Positions 26,451-40,269 are shown, counted from the first letter of the stretch. The stretch is 64,000 nt of DNA from Epiperipatus broadwayi (GCA_028023455.1 JAQFVV010000003.1:11594001-11658000), one strand, 5' to 3'. Numbers and translations are program-made. The notes: generated from the letters alone by a model not told the origin.

Positions 26451-27416
26451 TTTGTTTTCTCATTCATGTATTATTATCTCAATCACTCCTTATAACTTAA
26501 GATTTATTCTTGAGTAATATGAAATAACTGCATTGTTTCCCTATTTACATAATATTAATATAAAAAAATTATAAATTTGTAAATATTAATTCCCAAATTT
26601 TATATATAAATCCTGTTCTGTATAAATAATGATATGAATCATCTGTGAGCCATTTTCTCATTTTGCACTCAGTCATATGATTTCTCCTTCTTTGTCAATC
26701 TAATACTTTATTTGTTTTTTTATACAGCATCATTTAAATTTTTTTGAGAATTATTTCAATTCCATCAGACAATTAGTGAAATATTTTTTTTTAGATCAAC
26801 TAATGTAATTTTGGAAATTCCATTATTATAATCACAATACTAATTTTCCATGCCCTATTTTTTAACAAAAATGTTGAAATAAATTGAAAAAAGTCCTATT
26901 ACATTGTAAACAAAATTCATATTGGTGTAATGATTCAGAAATTTAAAAAAGCAATGCTTTAATGATATAGTATAATATCTTCCTTATAATATTGAAGTTA
27001 GAAGTTTTAGAATTCCATGAGTGAATGATGATTCCAAATAATTTCCTATCTAAAAGTATTTTGTTCTTTTCCATTTTTCAAGATTTACTCCATCTTTAAG
27101 TTTGCCAAGAAATTACATTTTTTTTGCATTCAATCTTTAACTTTCATAATATAATCAAATATAACTACTTCTTAGTATTTTGACTACTAGTGAAAAGTAA
27201 CTTATAAAATTATCTACAAATATACTAATAACAATCAGATACTACACTAGGCATACATATAATCAATCATATTTATATATTTATAGCACAGTACTTATTA
27301 GATCTAAATTTATAAGATCATAAATCTACACCTAACATGAAGATTCAAATCTATTTTCATCAGGTGATAGATTTACATCAAATGAGGAGTACACTATAAA
27401 TATGTAAATTTGATTC

Positions 27417-27420
<4 letters not shown>

Positions 27421-27484
<64 letters not shown>
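27421..27484. repeat. (TA)n microsatellite
   Basis: Read directly from the sequence. Confidence 0.98.
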
Positions 27485-27488
<4 letters not shown>

Positions 27489-28849
27489 ACAAATTAATTA
27501 TTTTTACTTTGCAAAATGTGCTACTAGGTATATACATATGTTAATTTATTGGTCTGAAGATTATTTGAAGTTGTCTATTTTTTTAACTGGAAAGATTATT
27601 AAAAATATTCACTCTCATGTTTTTTAATGTCCAATTCTGTACAGCCATTTGATAATTTATTCCATTTCCAAAAAAGCAATTTATCTTTCATTTATATTTT
27701 TCTTAATTTAATAACATTTTCTAGCACTTGCTTCTGTTTGTATTATCAATCAGTTATCTCTCTTCACAATAAATTATTCCTTTGTTTCTTTAGCAATAAT
27801 TTTTTTATTGTTTGAATTTCATCTTACAAACCCATTAACTTTTTTCTACCTCCTCACCTCTTCATTTTAAAAATAATCTATAATGTGTGTGGAAATTTTT
27901 TTTTGCTGAAAATATTGAACAACAGTTATGAAATATTAAAAGCTAATGCTGCATTTCAATTTTAAATATGTATAAATCCTTAATGCAATATTCCTAACAT
28001 ATTTTTTTTCTGTTTATATGTATCAAAAATAAATGCTCTGCAATAGTACGTTGGTATAGATTTTTGCAGAGAATATGGATATAGTGTTAATAATATTATT
28101 TTTATTAATGGTTATTTTCATTTTCTATGTATTAGATAAATATAATACCAATTTTGATGGCAAAATATAAATCATATGCTGATTCAAATTTCTTAATTTC
28201 ATGATGGGCAAAATTCATGTCTATTATTATAATACATAGTAGTTTATTGCAAATTCATATAAATGATTGATAGTAATGTTAATTATGTGTGAGTCATGAG
28301 CTATATCCCAGGTTAACTTTGGTTAATAAGGATGAGATACTGGAACTTGTTATCAAAGTTTTTTTCTCTTCTTTGTATGAAAAGAACATAACAATATAAT
28401 ATTTTTCTGATACATCAGTTTAAGAATTGATTTTTATTAGATCTAAATGTGTGTAAAACAAAGAATAATTTTTAATTAATCAACCTATTTTAATAAATAG
28501 TTTATTTTTGTTATTTCAAATTAAATTTAGTGACTATATCATTCTTATTTCAATTCTGACCTATTTAAACAGTGCATGCTTGATTAAATAGCTTATTTAT
28601 GTTCCTGAATATGCTAATGTTCTAGACTAGTGAAGATGTTAGTGTAATACTTCATCATATGCAGTTTTCCATAAAGGGGAAGTGGTATTCTATGAATATA
28701 TTTGTTATACCATCATTAATTGGAACAGAGTTCTCTTCTATGTTCGATAGAGCTCTTTGTAATTTTGGGTAAGTCAATCATTGAATGAGATCATATAATC
28801 ACACATATATATAATAAATACCTCATATTATATGTAACTAAACAGGAAG

Positions 28850-29385
28850 TAACTGAAACTTTTATATAATGTAAATAAACTCTCAAAACATGGATACCAG
28901 GCAATATCACATGTCTCTTAGCATTTGTTCTTATATATGCTTAGTTTATATATGAAATTTTAACTGAGGGAGTGAATTTGATCTACTGATTATATATATT
29001 TATAGAATAAATGATAAGAATCACTATTTAAATATTCAGAGAATCAAAGCAAAATTTTAATTTAAACAACCTCTAAACATAAAAATGAACTCAGTTTTTA
29101 ATACCTGTAAATAATAAATAACTCATGTTTAGAGGTTGTTTAAATTAAAGCTCTGTTTTGATTCTCAGACTATTTAAATTGTGACTCTTTTCATTTATTC
29201 TATAAATATATGTAATCAATAGATCAAATTCACTCATTTAAAATTTCATAAATAAACTAAGCATATATATAAGAACAAATGTTAAGGAACAAGTGGTGTC
29301 ACCTGCTATCATCTAACTATTGAGAGTTTATTTACATTATATAACTCGTTGGACATCAATTACTTCCTATTTGGTTACATATATA
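28850..29385. repeat. Large imperfect palindrome with ~230-bp arms
   Basis: ~28850-29080 is the reverse complement of ~29120-29385, e.g. aatttaaacaacctctaaacat / atgtttagaggttgtttaaatt. Confidence 0.9.
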
Positions 29386-29449
29386 TATATATATGTTATA
29401 TATAGAGCTCACAAATAAGCTATTAACAAACTTTGCAGAATATCGCCCA

Positions 29450-29487
29450 CCCCAGACCGGTTTCTGCTACTGGATTCCTCAGTGAGG
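29450..29487 (-). ncRNA. Type-I hammerhead motif, family D
   Basis: Minus strand reads cctca CTGAGGA atccagtagca GAAAC CG GTC tgggg. Core and ACCGGT palindrome are intact; stem II is degenerate. Confidence 0.65.
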
Positions 29488-29519
29488 TGATAAGATATTC
29501 AAGCATTAGATTAAAAATA

Positions 29520-30475
29520 AACAGGCAAAACTCACTATATGTATTGCCACACATAGCAAGTTAGAGTAATCATTGGATGCCAAAAGATTTGTGCATAAAA
29601 TTCCCATCTAGTGCCTATTCATCCAATATCCCCAGACTAGTTTCTGTCTTGTGGTCTTCATCATTGAGGAGCCTTGAATCTGAGAACACTGCACCTAGAT
29701 TTAGGATCTAATGCAACCCTCTAACAGTCATCTTTTATCTCCACTTCATTACAAAACTATGAGTCTTAAATTGAAGACACTTTAATATTTTCAATCCAAG
29801 CTCAGTAGTTTATATAGTCATATAGGTCTGAACTCAGTTCAGTACCCATACATTTTGGTGTCTTTGGTTCTTTAATAACCATAGCCACCACTATCCTATT
29901 AGGCAGGATTGGTTTTAAGCCAATAAACATCATGTGATCACCAATTCTTATGCTTGGTTATAACTGTTATTAAAACAGGCAAAACTCACTATACGTTATT
30001 GCCACACACAACAAGCTAGAGTAATCAATGGATGCCAGAAGACTTGTGCATAAAATCTCCCATCTAGTGCCTACTCATCAAATATCTCCAGACTAGTTTC
30101 TGGCTTGTGGACTGAGTTCAGACCTATATGATTATATAAGCTACTGAGCTTGGATTGAAAATATTAAGGTGTTTTCAATTTAAGACTCATAGTTTTGTAG
30201 TGGAGATAAAAGGTGGCTGCTAGAGGGTTGCATTAGATCCTAAGATCTAGATGCAGTGCTCTCAGATCCAAGGCTCCTCACTGACAAAGGCAACAAGCCA
30301 GAAACTAGTTGGGAGATATTGGATGAGTAAGCCCTAGATGGGGATTTTATGCACAAGCCTTCTGGCATCCATTGATTAGTCTATCTTGCTATGTGTGGCA
30401 ATATGTATAGCATGTTTTGCCTGTTTTAATAACAATTATAAGCAAACATAAGAAGTGTTGATCATGTGATGTTTA
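29520..30475. mobile_element. HHR family B (~454-bp monomer): tandem plus inverted copy
   Basis: acaggcaaaactcactata occurs at 29521 and 29975. Inversion at ~30112. HHR motifs at 29630-29669 (-), 30086-30110 (-, truncated) and 30276-30315 (+). Confidence 0.88.
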
Positions 30476-31510
30476 TTAGATTAAAAATACCCGGACAAGC
30501 CCAGCACTTTATCTAATGGATAACTATTAAGTAGAAAATCTGAAATTTTCTGTCATTCATATTTCTTCCAATCCTTCTATCTAATTAAATAGCCATATGG
30601 GACTGAACCAAGTTCAGGTACACCATATTTTAATAACTTTAGCAATATAATGTTGCTAAAGTTAAGTTATTAATATATGGTGTATCTGAACTTGGTTCAG
30701 TCATGTGGATATTTAAGTTAGATAGCTGGATTGAAAGACATGAATGTCTGAACATTTCAGATTTTCTACTTAATAGTTATCCATTAGATAAAGTACCGGG
30801 TTTGTCCTGGTATTTTTAATCTAATGCTTGAATATCCTAGCACCTCACTGTGTAAGCCTAGCAGAAACTGGTCTGGGATTAGGAATATTCTGCAGAGCTT
30901 GTTAATAGCTTATTTGTGAGCTCCATATATAACATTTGTAATACAAGCTTGTTAAATTAGGTCATGTGACATATGACTTTGATTTCTTTGTAACATATGT
31001 ATGTATATGAAATAAAGTGAAGTGGACTAAGCTCACTCTAGCTATGAAATAATTAAACAAATCTACCATCTTCATATTGTGATGATCGCACATACTGCGG
31101 TCACACATATAGATATTTAACATTTAAAGAATGTTAAATATTGTGCTTGGGTTATAAAAAAAGTGAGTTTAAAAAAAATTACAAAACAAAGAAATGTTTA
31201 AGTAAAAAAGAGAGGGAATTAGAATCAAAACGATTCTTATATTTTACCCTTCAAAGTTCAAATTTTAGAAAGAATAAAAATATTAAGGTTAAAAATATCG
31301 ATATCATGTGTTCAGTGTAAGATTTAAAAAAAATGAGAATGGAAATGTAAATAAAATAGAAACTTAATAATGTAAAAGAAAGTGGTAGTTGGGGAGTTTA
31401 ATAAAATATAAGTAAAATTTAGAATGCAATGAAAGATAAAGATCTGTTCTTAAAACTACACATTTTGACGAAAAATGAAATGCATATGTGAAGGTATGAA
31501 TAAAGAGAGT

Positions 31511-31608
31511 GAGGTTTATTTCATGTCAAAATGAAATAATTTATTTAAAGAAAATGATTGAGGTTTATTTCATGTCAAAATGAAATAATTTATTTAAAGA
31601 AAATGATT
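31511..31608. repeat. Perfect 49-bp tandem duplication
   Basis: gaggtttatttcatgtcaaaatgaaataatttatttaaagaaaatgatt occurs twice. Confidence 0.97.
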
Positions 31609-31889
31609 GAGAAATAAATGTAAAATATTATATTATAAAATTATATCAAATTATAAGTAATTTTGTATAAGTTGTTGAAAGAATTTTTAAAGTAAAAAGG
31701 TGTGAAAGAAAAAACCAAGCAGGAGATCAAGATAAGGAAAGAATTTGATAAATAAAGGGCATTAATTAATTAATTGAAAAGGAGTATTGGTCAAAACTTC
31801 AGTGAAGACACTGCTCTGATAAGAAGCAGAGAAATATAATAGAAAGCAGACATGAAAAGTTAAATTTTGGGAACATGAAAACAAACTAT

Positions 31890-32845
31890 AACATAAGGGA
31901 AGCTTCGAGGATGTGTGGCTAAGGGCCAGTCGACGATCGCTGGTCAATCCAGACTTCCGTGCTATAATGGTTCGCGTCTCGATGTAACAACTGCCAACAT
32001 AGCGCCTGCCGAAGAGTTCGTTTTTGCCTTGCCTTGATGCCCACAATACGGAGGAGTCCCAACAATCAAATCTAACCGAAGAGCGACCGTTCCCTACTAA
32101 AGAAGTGGAAAAATTCCACGGGATGGTCAGCAAGATGCCAAGTTTATTCGAAGACTTTATCACCTAGGTAATTATGAATAAGACATTTTATATAATTATG
32201 TGCACATACTTTTAAATTTAATGCAATTGCCAATCCCACATATAATGAGATAGACATTAATTAGACTCTTTGAATATTTGAAATGACTATAAAGGGATAA
32301 GTTATTTCCACAGATTGCAATCATTTATAAAATCTTCTATTGTATTTATTTATCTTTTTGTAGTATTATAGCATAATGTGTTTTTTATATTGAGTGTTTA
32401 TAATTTTGAGTGTTTCTTTTATTGTAATTTATTGCATTAAATATCTTTTATTTATGTAAAATCCATTTTTAATCTCTTCCTTCACCACTTCCAAAAATAA
32501 TATAATCTGAGGGTTTGGAAAATAATTATTATTCATTTGAGTACTTAATTAACATGTGAAGCTAGTGGTGCAGTATTTGATCCCATTAAATTTATAATTA
32601 TCCAAGCGCTGTAACTCTGTTAAATCTTACAGCAGTCGGGAGAAAGTTGACCGGGAAATATAACCTGGGGCTATACCTGTATAGCATACAAGTTTGGTCA
32701 AGTGCAGATATAGACTCGTTTATGTCCGTATTTTCTCTCTGCTTGTGGTAGCGGAAAGTGGACGATCTTGAATTATAAGAATTCCCCATTATATCTATAT
32801 AAAAAGGAAGTTTAAGCTTTCGATCTTAGGTTTCCGTTACAATAT
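31890..32845. promoter_or_regulatory. CpG-retaining island: candidate promoter or 5' exons
   Basis: Dense CpGs at 31900-32160 and 32600-32840 against a CpG-poor background. Donor-like ctag|gtaatt at ~32167. Confidence 0.5.
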
Positions 32846-33345
32846 NNNNNNNNNNNNNNNNNNNNNNNNNNNNNNNNNNNNNNNNNNNNNNNNNNNNNNN
32901 NNNNNNNNNNNNNNNNNNNNNNNNNNNNNNNNNNNNNNNNNNNNNNNNNNNNNNNNNNNNNNNNNNNNNNNNNNNNNNNNNNNNNNNNNNNNNNNNNNNN
33001 NNNNNNNNNNNNNNNNNNNNNNNNNNNNNNNNNNNNNNNNNNNNNNNNNNNNNNNNNNNNNNNNNNNNNNNNNNNNNNNNNNNNNNNNNNNNNNNNNNNN
33101 NNNNNNNNNNNNNNNNNNNNNNNNNNNNNNNNNNNNNNNNNNNNNNNNNNNNNNNNNNNNNNNNNNNNNNNNNNNNNNNNNNNNNNNNNNNNNNNNNNNN
33201 NNNNNNNNNNNNNNNNNNNNNNNNNNNNNNNNNNNNNNNNNNNNNNNNNNNNNNNNNNNNNNNNNNNNNNNNNNNNNNNNNNNNNNNNNNNNNNNNNNNN
33301 NNNNNNNNNNNNNNNNNNNNNNNNNNNNNNNNNNNNNNNNNNNNN
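32846..33345. other. Assembly gap (500 N)
   Basis: Run of N. Confidence 1.
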
Positions 33346-36300
33346 AAATCAAACAGATTATGGGTAACTCTAACAGCGAAAAACCATTCATATCATCTCC
33401 AGAAGTTAATTTTAATTTGACAACAACTAATAATAATAATATCTTTTTTTATTCGTTTTGTTTTATTTTTTATGAAAATAATTCTCTTAAACATATATAT
33501 ATATATATATATTCGAAATAGCAATATATTTTAGTTTATTTAATATATATTGTAACTAAAAAAATTTACATTTATTTTTTAATAACATTCATAAAACTTA
33601 TATACAATAAAAAAGAGTTCATATTTATAAAAATAAAATAAATTACTGATGACTGAATCATTTCTGTGACAGCATGTGCAGACCTCTAATTATTGATTTT
33701 AAATATACAAAGATTCATCAGCTGTTTGCATGAAGACAAATAATGAGTAGAAATGAAAGCAAATTACAAGATTTCTAAATGTGAATTAAATTTGCAGATT
33801 CCCCAGTTAAATTCTAAAACTCAACAGTTGATTCTAAAAAATTCATTTTGCAATATTTATTTCTACATTTACTAATATAAGTAAATATTAAAGTCTCTAT
33901 GGATTGTTCTGCAATCTAGGCAATAGGATTCCATGAATAAGCTAATAATGATTCACTATCAATTCTTACCAATTCCGTCAATGTCTTTAGAAACCATATC
34001 TAGAATTCACAAACTTTTAATAGTGTTGAAAATCTAGTCTTTTTCATATTCGTTTTCGTCGTCATTGCTGATACTTTACTGCAAAATTTCATAAGTTCTC
34101 AAAAATAAGGCAGAATAAGTAACTAAATAATAGAGTACTGCAATCAGGCAATAACACTTGTTCATTGTCTATACTTACACTGCTTGTCACTTATTCTTTG
34201 AACACAATATTGAATAGGATAATTTGTGCATTTATAGATAACTATAAAGTTTGAAATAAGCACTCATTGAACAATATGCTCTTGGAACTATAAGTTAATT
34301 TAATATATAAAAGCTTCTCTCTCTAAATGCACCATTAGGGCATAGGTTATCAAATCATTGAAGCTAATAGTAGAATTGTAATAGAGATTGGTAAAAATAG
34401 TATGAACAAAAATCGTTTTTAAGAGAATAAAAAAGATGTAAACAAGTTAAAGCAAATGAGATAAACAAAGTACAGAATCCACAGATAGAGATAGCAATAA
34501 ATAATACTGCAATACACAATAAAAAAAAATCATTATCAATTTTTTCTTAGTTCTATATTAAGGCAGCAATAACTGATACTATGCAAAATCTTAAATTTGA
34601 TATTGTTCTCTATCTTGTTTATGTCCCAATGTTATACAAATGGTTTTCTTATTTCTTATTCATTAAAATAATCATTTCATGGTCAGCAGTTTATCAAGAA
34701 TTAAAGAATTTAAAAATATACATTTTAGGAGCAATTAAAAAAATGTTCTCTGTTAGAGGATTAGGATACTTGACATTAACACAAAATAAATATATAAAAT
34801 TCAAAAACAAGCTGCAATGAAAAGCAATTTTCATGTATAAATATTTATACATGTGCATATGAAATGTGAAATAAAATCTTTCATTTTTAATTATGAAACT
34901 CAGCTCAGAACTATTATGAAATATTTGATGAGAGACTAACTATATCTGAAATATATATCATTTGAAATTAAACAATTCTTCAAATAATCAATTTAATTAA
35001 AAAATATTGTGTACAGTAGTAGCTTCAAAAATGTTATTATTAATATAATATGACATAATTTTGCCAGAATAATGATAATGATTATAATTTGGGAATACAT
35101 TTCCTTATCCATAAAATATTTACATTAGAATAAAATAAGTGATTTCTTACAATGAATTATTTTCTTCCACATAAATTAATTATTCTTTGTAATGTTCAAT
35201 TTAATGGGGCACTAAAATTTAATGTGGATTCTGAACTATAAAAGCAGCATGTGATATATGCGAGCTATGAACTAGGATTCAAATACAAGAAATGAAATTT
35301 TTTCAAGAGGCTTCAAATTTTTCTTTCAGGTAGCTGACCCATAATAATAACCCAGTTAACAATCCAAAACTTCTCAGTAATTGAGTATCTGGCTATTCTT
35401 AGCAAGAAGATAAATTGAGAATGCAAAATCTCACAAATTCTCCTCACTAAGGCAATTTGTAAGATTACTAAGTACTAGGTATATTTATTTTTTAAATAAT
35501 AAAGAAGTAATGAATTTGACAGCAAGTTGTTTTATGTGGTATTTCATTATATTTTTCATATATCTTATCAGACTATACTGTGATTGTTAATCTATAACTC
35601 ATATTAAGTTAGCATGCACTATGAAATTTGAAATGTAAAAAGATTAATTTTGTGTTGAAAAATAATAATAATAATAATTTAAAAAAAGATATATACGCTT
35701 TTTTTAGTAAATTACATGGATTAAAATTGTTGAGATAGCTTATATAAATTTACATCAAAACTAAATGCAAAATATGATTTATTATAAATTAAGCAGTTGA
35801 ATAATGTAAAAAAAAAAATTTCTAGATTATAATTTAATCAAATATATATAAAATTTTCTGATTAAATCTCTTATTACTGCTCAATGTACATTTTAAACGA
35901 AAAATATTAGTAAACATTCATTATAAAAATTATAAAAGTTTATGTAAAATATAAACAAATAAGAAATAATGTATATCAGAAGATGAGCATTTTCATATCA
36001 AAACCCTTCAAAGGTGAACAGTATTATTTTAATGAACTAAAATGTTACTTTGCTAGGTCTTATCTTTTTTTAATTTGAAATGTATAATAATGCACTGTAT
36101 CTTAAAATAAATAATATCAAGGCATTCTGAAAAATAAAATGTTTAACATTCCTCATTTCTATTTTTATTATTATATATAATATATGAAGTATTTTTTTAA
36201 CAATGCATATATTGTTTGTTTTATTTTTCAACCTATGTCTTCACATGGATTATTTTATATAAAATAAAAAATATTGCTTAACGTTATAAAAAAAATGTTT

Positions 36301-36906
36301 TAAGTCTATTTCCGAAATTGAGATTGGCCCTAGGAAGAACAAAACTAGACAAACTAAGAATTGAAAACTGTGCATTGTAATTTTTTTAGGATATTTTATT
36401 GGTAACAATATTTTACTCAATACATAATATTATATATAAATGTCTCATTTGTCTTCCTAGATATATATTTTGAATTTTATTAATTATTTATTCTTGCATT
36501 TATAAAAAGACCACTTTAAAAAAAAGTTGTTCTATTATATTATTTTTTACAGTTCTATAAAAAGTAAAATTTGAGCAATACTGCCATTGAAATTATTAAA
36601 ATAATATATGTAGTATATAAATTTGTTAAATTATATATATATATATTTAAAAATAATTTAAATTTTCCTTTAATAATAAGTATTTTCTCTTTTTGTTACA
36701 GTTTCAGTATTACATTGTATTCATATATATATATATATATATTCAATAAACCATTTTAAAATATTTTTTAATAAAATTCTATAAATCATGTTTAAATTCA
36801 ATATTTTGCATTTTATTTTTTATTAATGTTTTTCATGTAGCCTTAATACATATTTTAAATTTATAGTTTACATAGTATCAATTCCAATAAAAGATTTTTG
36901 TTTTTG

Positions 36907-37098
36907 TATATACAAAATGATAAATTATTTGCTTCCTTGCATTATTCTCTATTAATGGATTAAAAAGTTTTAATTTTCAGTGCAACAATGTATGTACAAT
37001 TTAAACCTCTGTGCTTATTTAAAATTAAAATATGTATTATTGTAAATACTATGTTTATTTTTAATTTTTATACATAAGTGAACACATAAAATATATTG
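36907..37098 (+). repeat. ~190-bp dispersed repeat, copy 1
   Basis: tatatacaaaatgataaattatttgcttcctt... recurs at ~42047. Confidence 0.85.
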
Positions 37099-38859
37099 TA
37101 ACTATATGGAAGATATCTATAGGGAAATGGAAAAACATCACCATCCCCATAGAATAAATAGAATATAAAAGGAATAAATATATAAAAAAAATGAGGAAAG
37201 ATCAGCAAAGTATAAAACTAAGTTATTACAACAATTATTATAAGTTATCACCTGCATCACTATCATTACACATGAATAATCAATCAACAATCATCCCTTA
37301 TGACTGGATTTAAAAGATATTCTATAATCAATGTCAAACATAAAGCATGATATACAAAAATTATTTGGATAAACATATTTAAGTGATAATCTACCACACA
37401 TAGTAAAAATAATGCTGAGATACTGACATACTAATCATCATCAATGCCCTGTCAATACAGTACCATTATTGTATAGGCCAAAAATAAACTAAATTTTTTT
37501 CTAACAAAAAATAAAATGCAGTGAATGGATTTTAAAGAAGTTATATTTGCACCATCCAGAGAACTATCTGGATCTCCAAACACAAACATAAACCCTTACA
37601 TCCATACAACTAATCATTATTGTTCATGACTAGCTTAGGAAGTAAAGACCCTAGAGACTGTGAACAAAAGAAAGTATAAATGTATAAATTTATTATAATT
37701 GAAACTGTGATAATTTACCTTTAAACACTATGCTATTATGAAATCAAGTCACACACTACCAATTCATAAAACACATAGCTGGAGAAATAAGGACATTAAA
37801 ACTAATTTTTAAACAATTATTTAATAAATAAACTAATAAATAATTAAGAATATTGACAAAAAATATGGTAATACAATTCAAACTTAAATACATTTTTATC
37901 AATAAAATATAATTTCTTATAGTAACTTTAACTTGATGGTGATTCTTACTAATTCAATTAATTAACATTAACTGTTAACAGAATTGTTTTCCTCTTTAAT
38001 AATTAAAATTACTAAACATTTCAAAGATTAAAAAATTAAATTAGCTTAAACCTTCTTTCCTTTTCCTTATATAATGAAAATATTCTACACAATTAAATTT
38101 TGGAGGGAAGATAATATAAAGAGGAAAAAAAATATGTTTCCATTAAAAAAACACTTAATAAAATTATTAATTATTTTCAATTATTACTTAATTTAAAAAT
38201 TATCTATAATTGTAGAGATAAATGTGCACATTGGTTTTTTCTTTTAAGTCCTTCTTTGGTACTTGTAACTTTCAGGTTTTTCCACATTGATTTTCTTCTT
38301 GTAAGCTTCTTCATTAATACTGTAATTGGATGTGACCAACCCCACTCTTTGTTGGTTTTATTTTCTGATGAGCATATTTCAGGAAGGAACTATCAATTGG
38401 CATTCCCCAATGCAGATGTCACCCCATCTACAACAATATTTCCTGGTCATCAGAGGATGTAGTGCTATAGAGACTGGAAACATCTAGAAATTTATGTGTT
38501 TGATTTCCCAAATGGTGCTACTAGAGTTCTGCCTCACTACAACCTTACCATCATTTAGTTATTCCAAACAGCTCAGGAGGCATGAGATTCTTGTAAGCAA
38601 GAAGCAATGAATGACTAGTGATGCAAAATAAAATTGAACAATTAAATTAATTTTAAGTAACAACAATTTTATTTAACAACAATTCATTAGCAAGTTCTTC
38701 TAATATAGTGCATTATTCATATCCATGTGAAAACTCATTTTCAGTTCAATTATGAGAAGAAGTCTAGAAGCCTTTCAAGTAAAGTATATGTATACAATTA
38801 ATGCATGAATGTTTTAATTATTTGTTCCAGGTCTGTATGTCCATTTTAGATAGGTAAAC

Positions 38860-39900
38860 AGATAGTATCAGCAATCCCAGGTTTGTGGAGCATTTATAAT
38901 TCAATCAAGTATAGGTATATATTTATACATGTTTTATTATTTTATTCAGATATAGATATGATTCATATATATAGCATTTTATTGTTTTAATAACCATTGC
39001 AGTTAGACAAATGGGTAATATTAACAATTCCAAGTTTGACGAGCATTCATAATTCAATCAAGTATAGATATATATTTATACACATATTATGCATATAAGC
39101 ATTTATGATTCATATAGCATTTTATTATTTTAAGAATCATTGCAGGTCGGTGAATGGGTAATATCAGCAATTCCAGGTTTGTGGAGTATTTATAATTCAA
39201 TCAAGTATAGATGTATTTTTATACACATAAGTTTTATTATTTTATTCAGATATAGATATTATGTATATAAGCATTTATAATTCATATAGCATTTCATTAT
39301 TTTAAGAATCATTGCAGGTAGGTAAATGGGTAATATCAGCAATTCCAGGTTTGTGGAGCATTCATAAGTATAGATGTATATTTATACACATATTATGCAT
39401 ATAAGCATTTATGATTCAAATAGCATTTTATTATTTTAAGAACCATTGCAGGTCAGTAAATAGATAATATCAGCAATTCCAGGTTTGTGAAGCATTCATA
39501 ATTCAATCAAGTATAAATGTATATTTATATAGATGAGTTGTATTATTTTATTCAGATATGAATATTATGCATATAAGCATTTATGATTCATATAGCATTT
39601 TATTATTTTAAGAACCATTGCAGGTAGGTAAATGGGTGAATCAGCAATTCCAGGTTTGTGGAGCATTCATAATTCAATCAGCATATTTATGCATATAAGT
39701 CATTTATGATTCATATTACATTTTATTATTTTAACAACCATTGCAGGTAGGTAAATGGGTAATATCAGCAATTCCAGATTTGTGGAGTATTTATAATTCA
39801 ATCATGTATAGATGTATATTTCATTTATACATATAAGTTTTATTATTTTATTCAGATATAGATATTATGCATATAAGCACTTATAATTTTAACATATAAT
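38860..39900. repeat. Tandem array, about 7 units of ~125-175 bp
   Basis: cagcaattccaggtttgtggagcattcataattcaatcaagtatag and accattgcaggt recur; unit lengths alternate long and short. Confidence 0.95.
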
Positions 39901-40269
39901 GCAATTGACATTTCCATATCATGTATAGCCATGCGTGTGTTTGGAGGTCATTCACAACTCTTATTATTTTATTGATTTTTCTCTTTTTTTTCTTATTTTA
40001 AAGAAAGATAAAAAAAAAAAAAACTATCATCAACTTTTGACAGAATTAATGACTGATATGTAAAACATTATTACTGCAAGAAAACACACATATTGAAGAA
40101 TTTTAGGCATGTTTAAATAATTTTCGTAAACTAATAACAAATTTTTCTTTTTCTTTTATAAAAATTGATAGCCATAATTTTAATTCATATTTTATTGTAA
40201 TTGAATCATTTCTAATTGCCTACCTCTAAATCCATGTCTTTGTTTATTACTGCTTTTTTAAAATAATTG

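Larger units (their letters stand above)
29385..30940. mobile_element. HHR family D fold-back (~290-bp arms) interrupted by a family B insert
   Basis: Left arm 29385-29519 plus 30490-30645; right arm 30652-30940; apex ttagcaatataatgttgctaa. HHR motifs at 29450-29487 (-) and 30843-30877 (+). Confidence 0.8.

Noticed and set aside
31762-32163. 133-aa minus-strand ORF
   Set aside because: No recognisable motif; openness is explained by local GC richness.
32837-33391. 184-aa ORF
   Set aside because: Spans the N gap.
37100-37760. Possible further PLE remnants (also 18100-18600)
   Set aside because: No diagnostic motif could be read.
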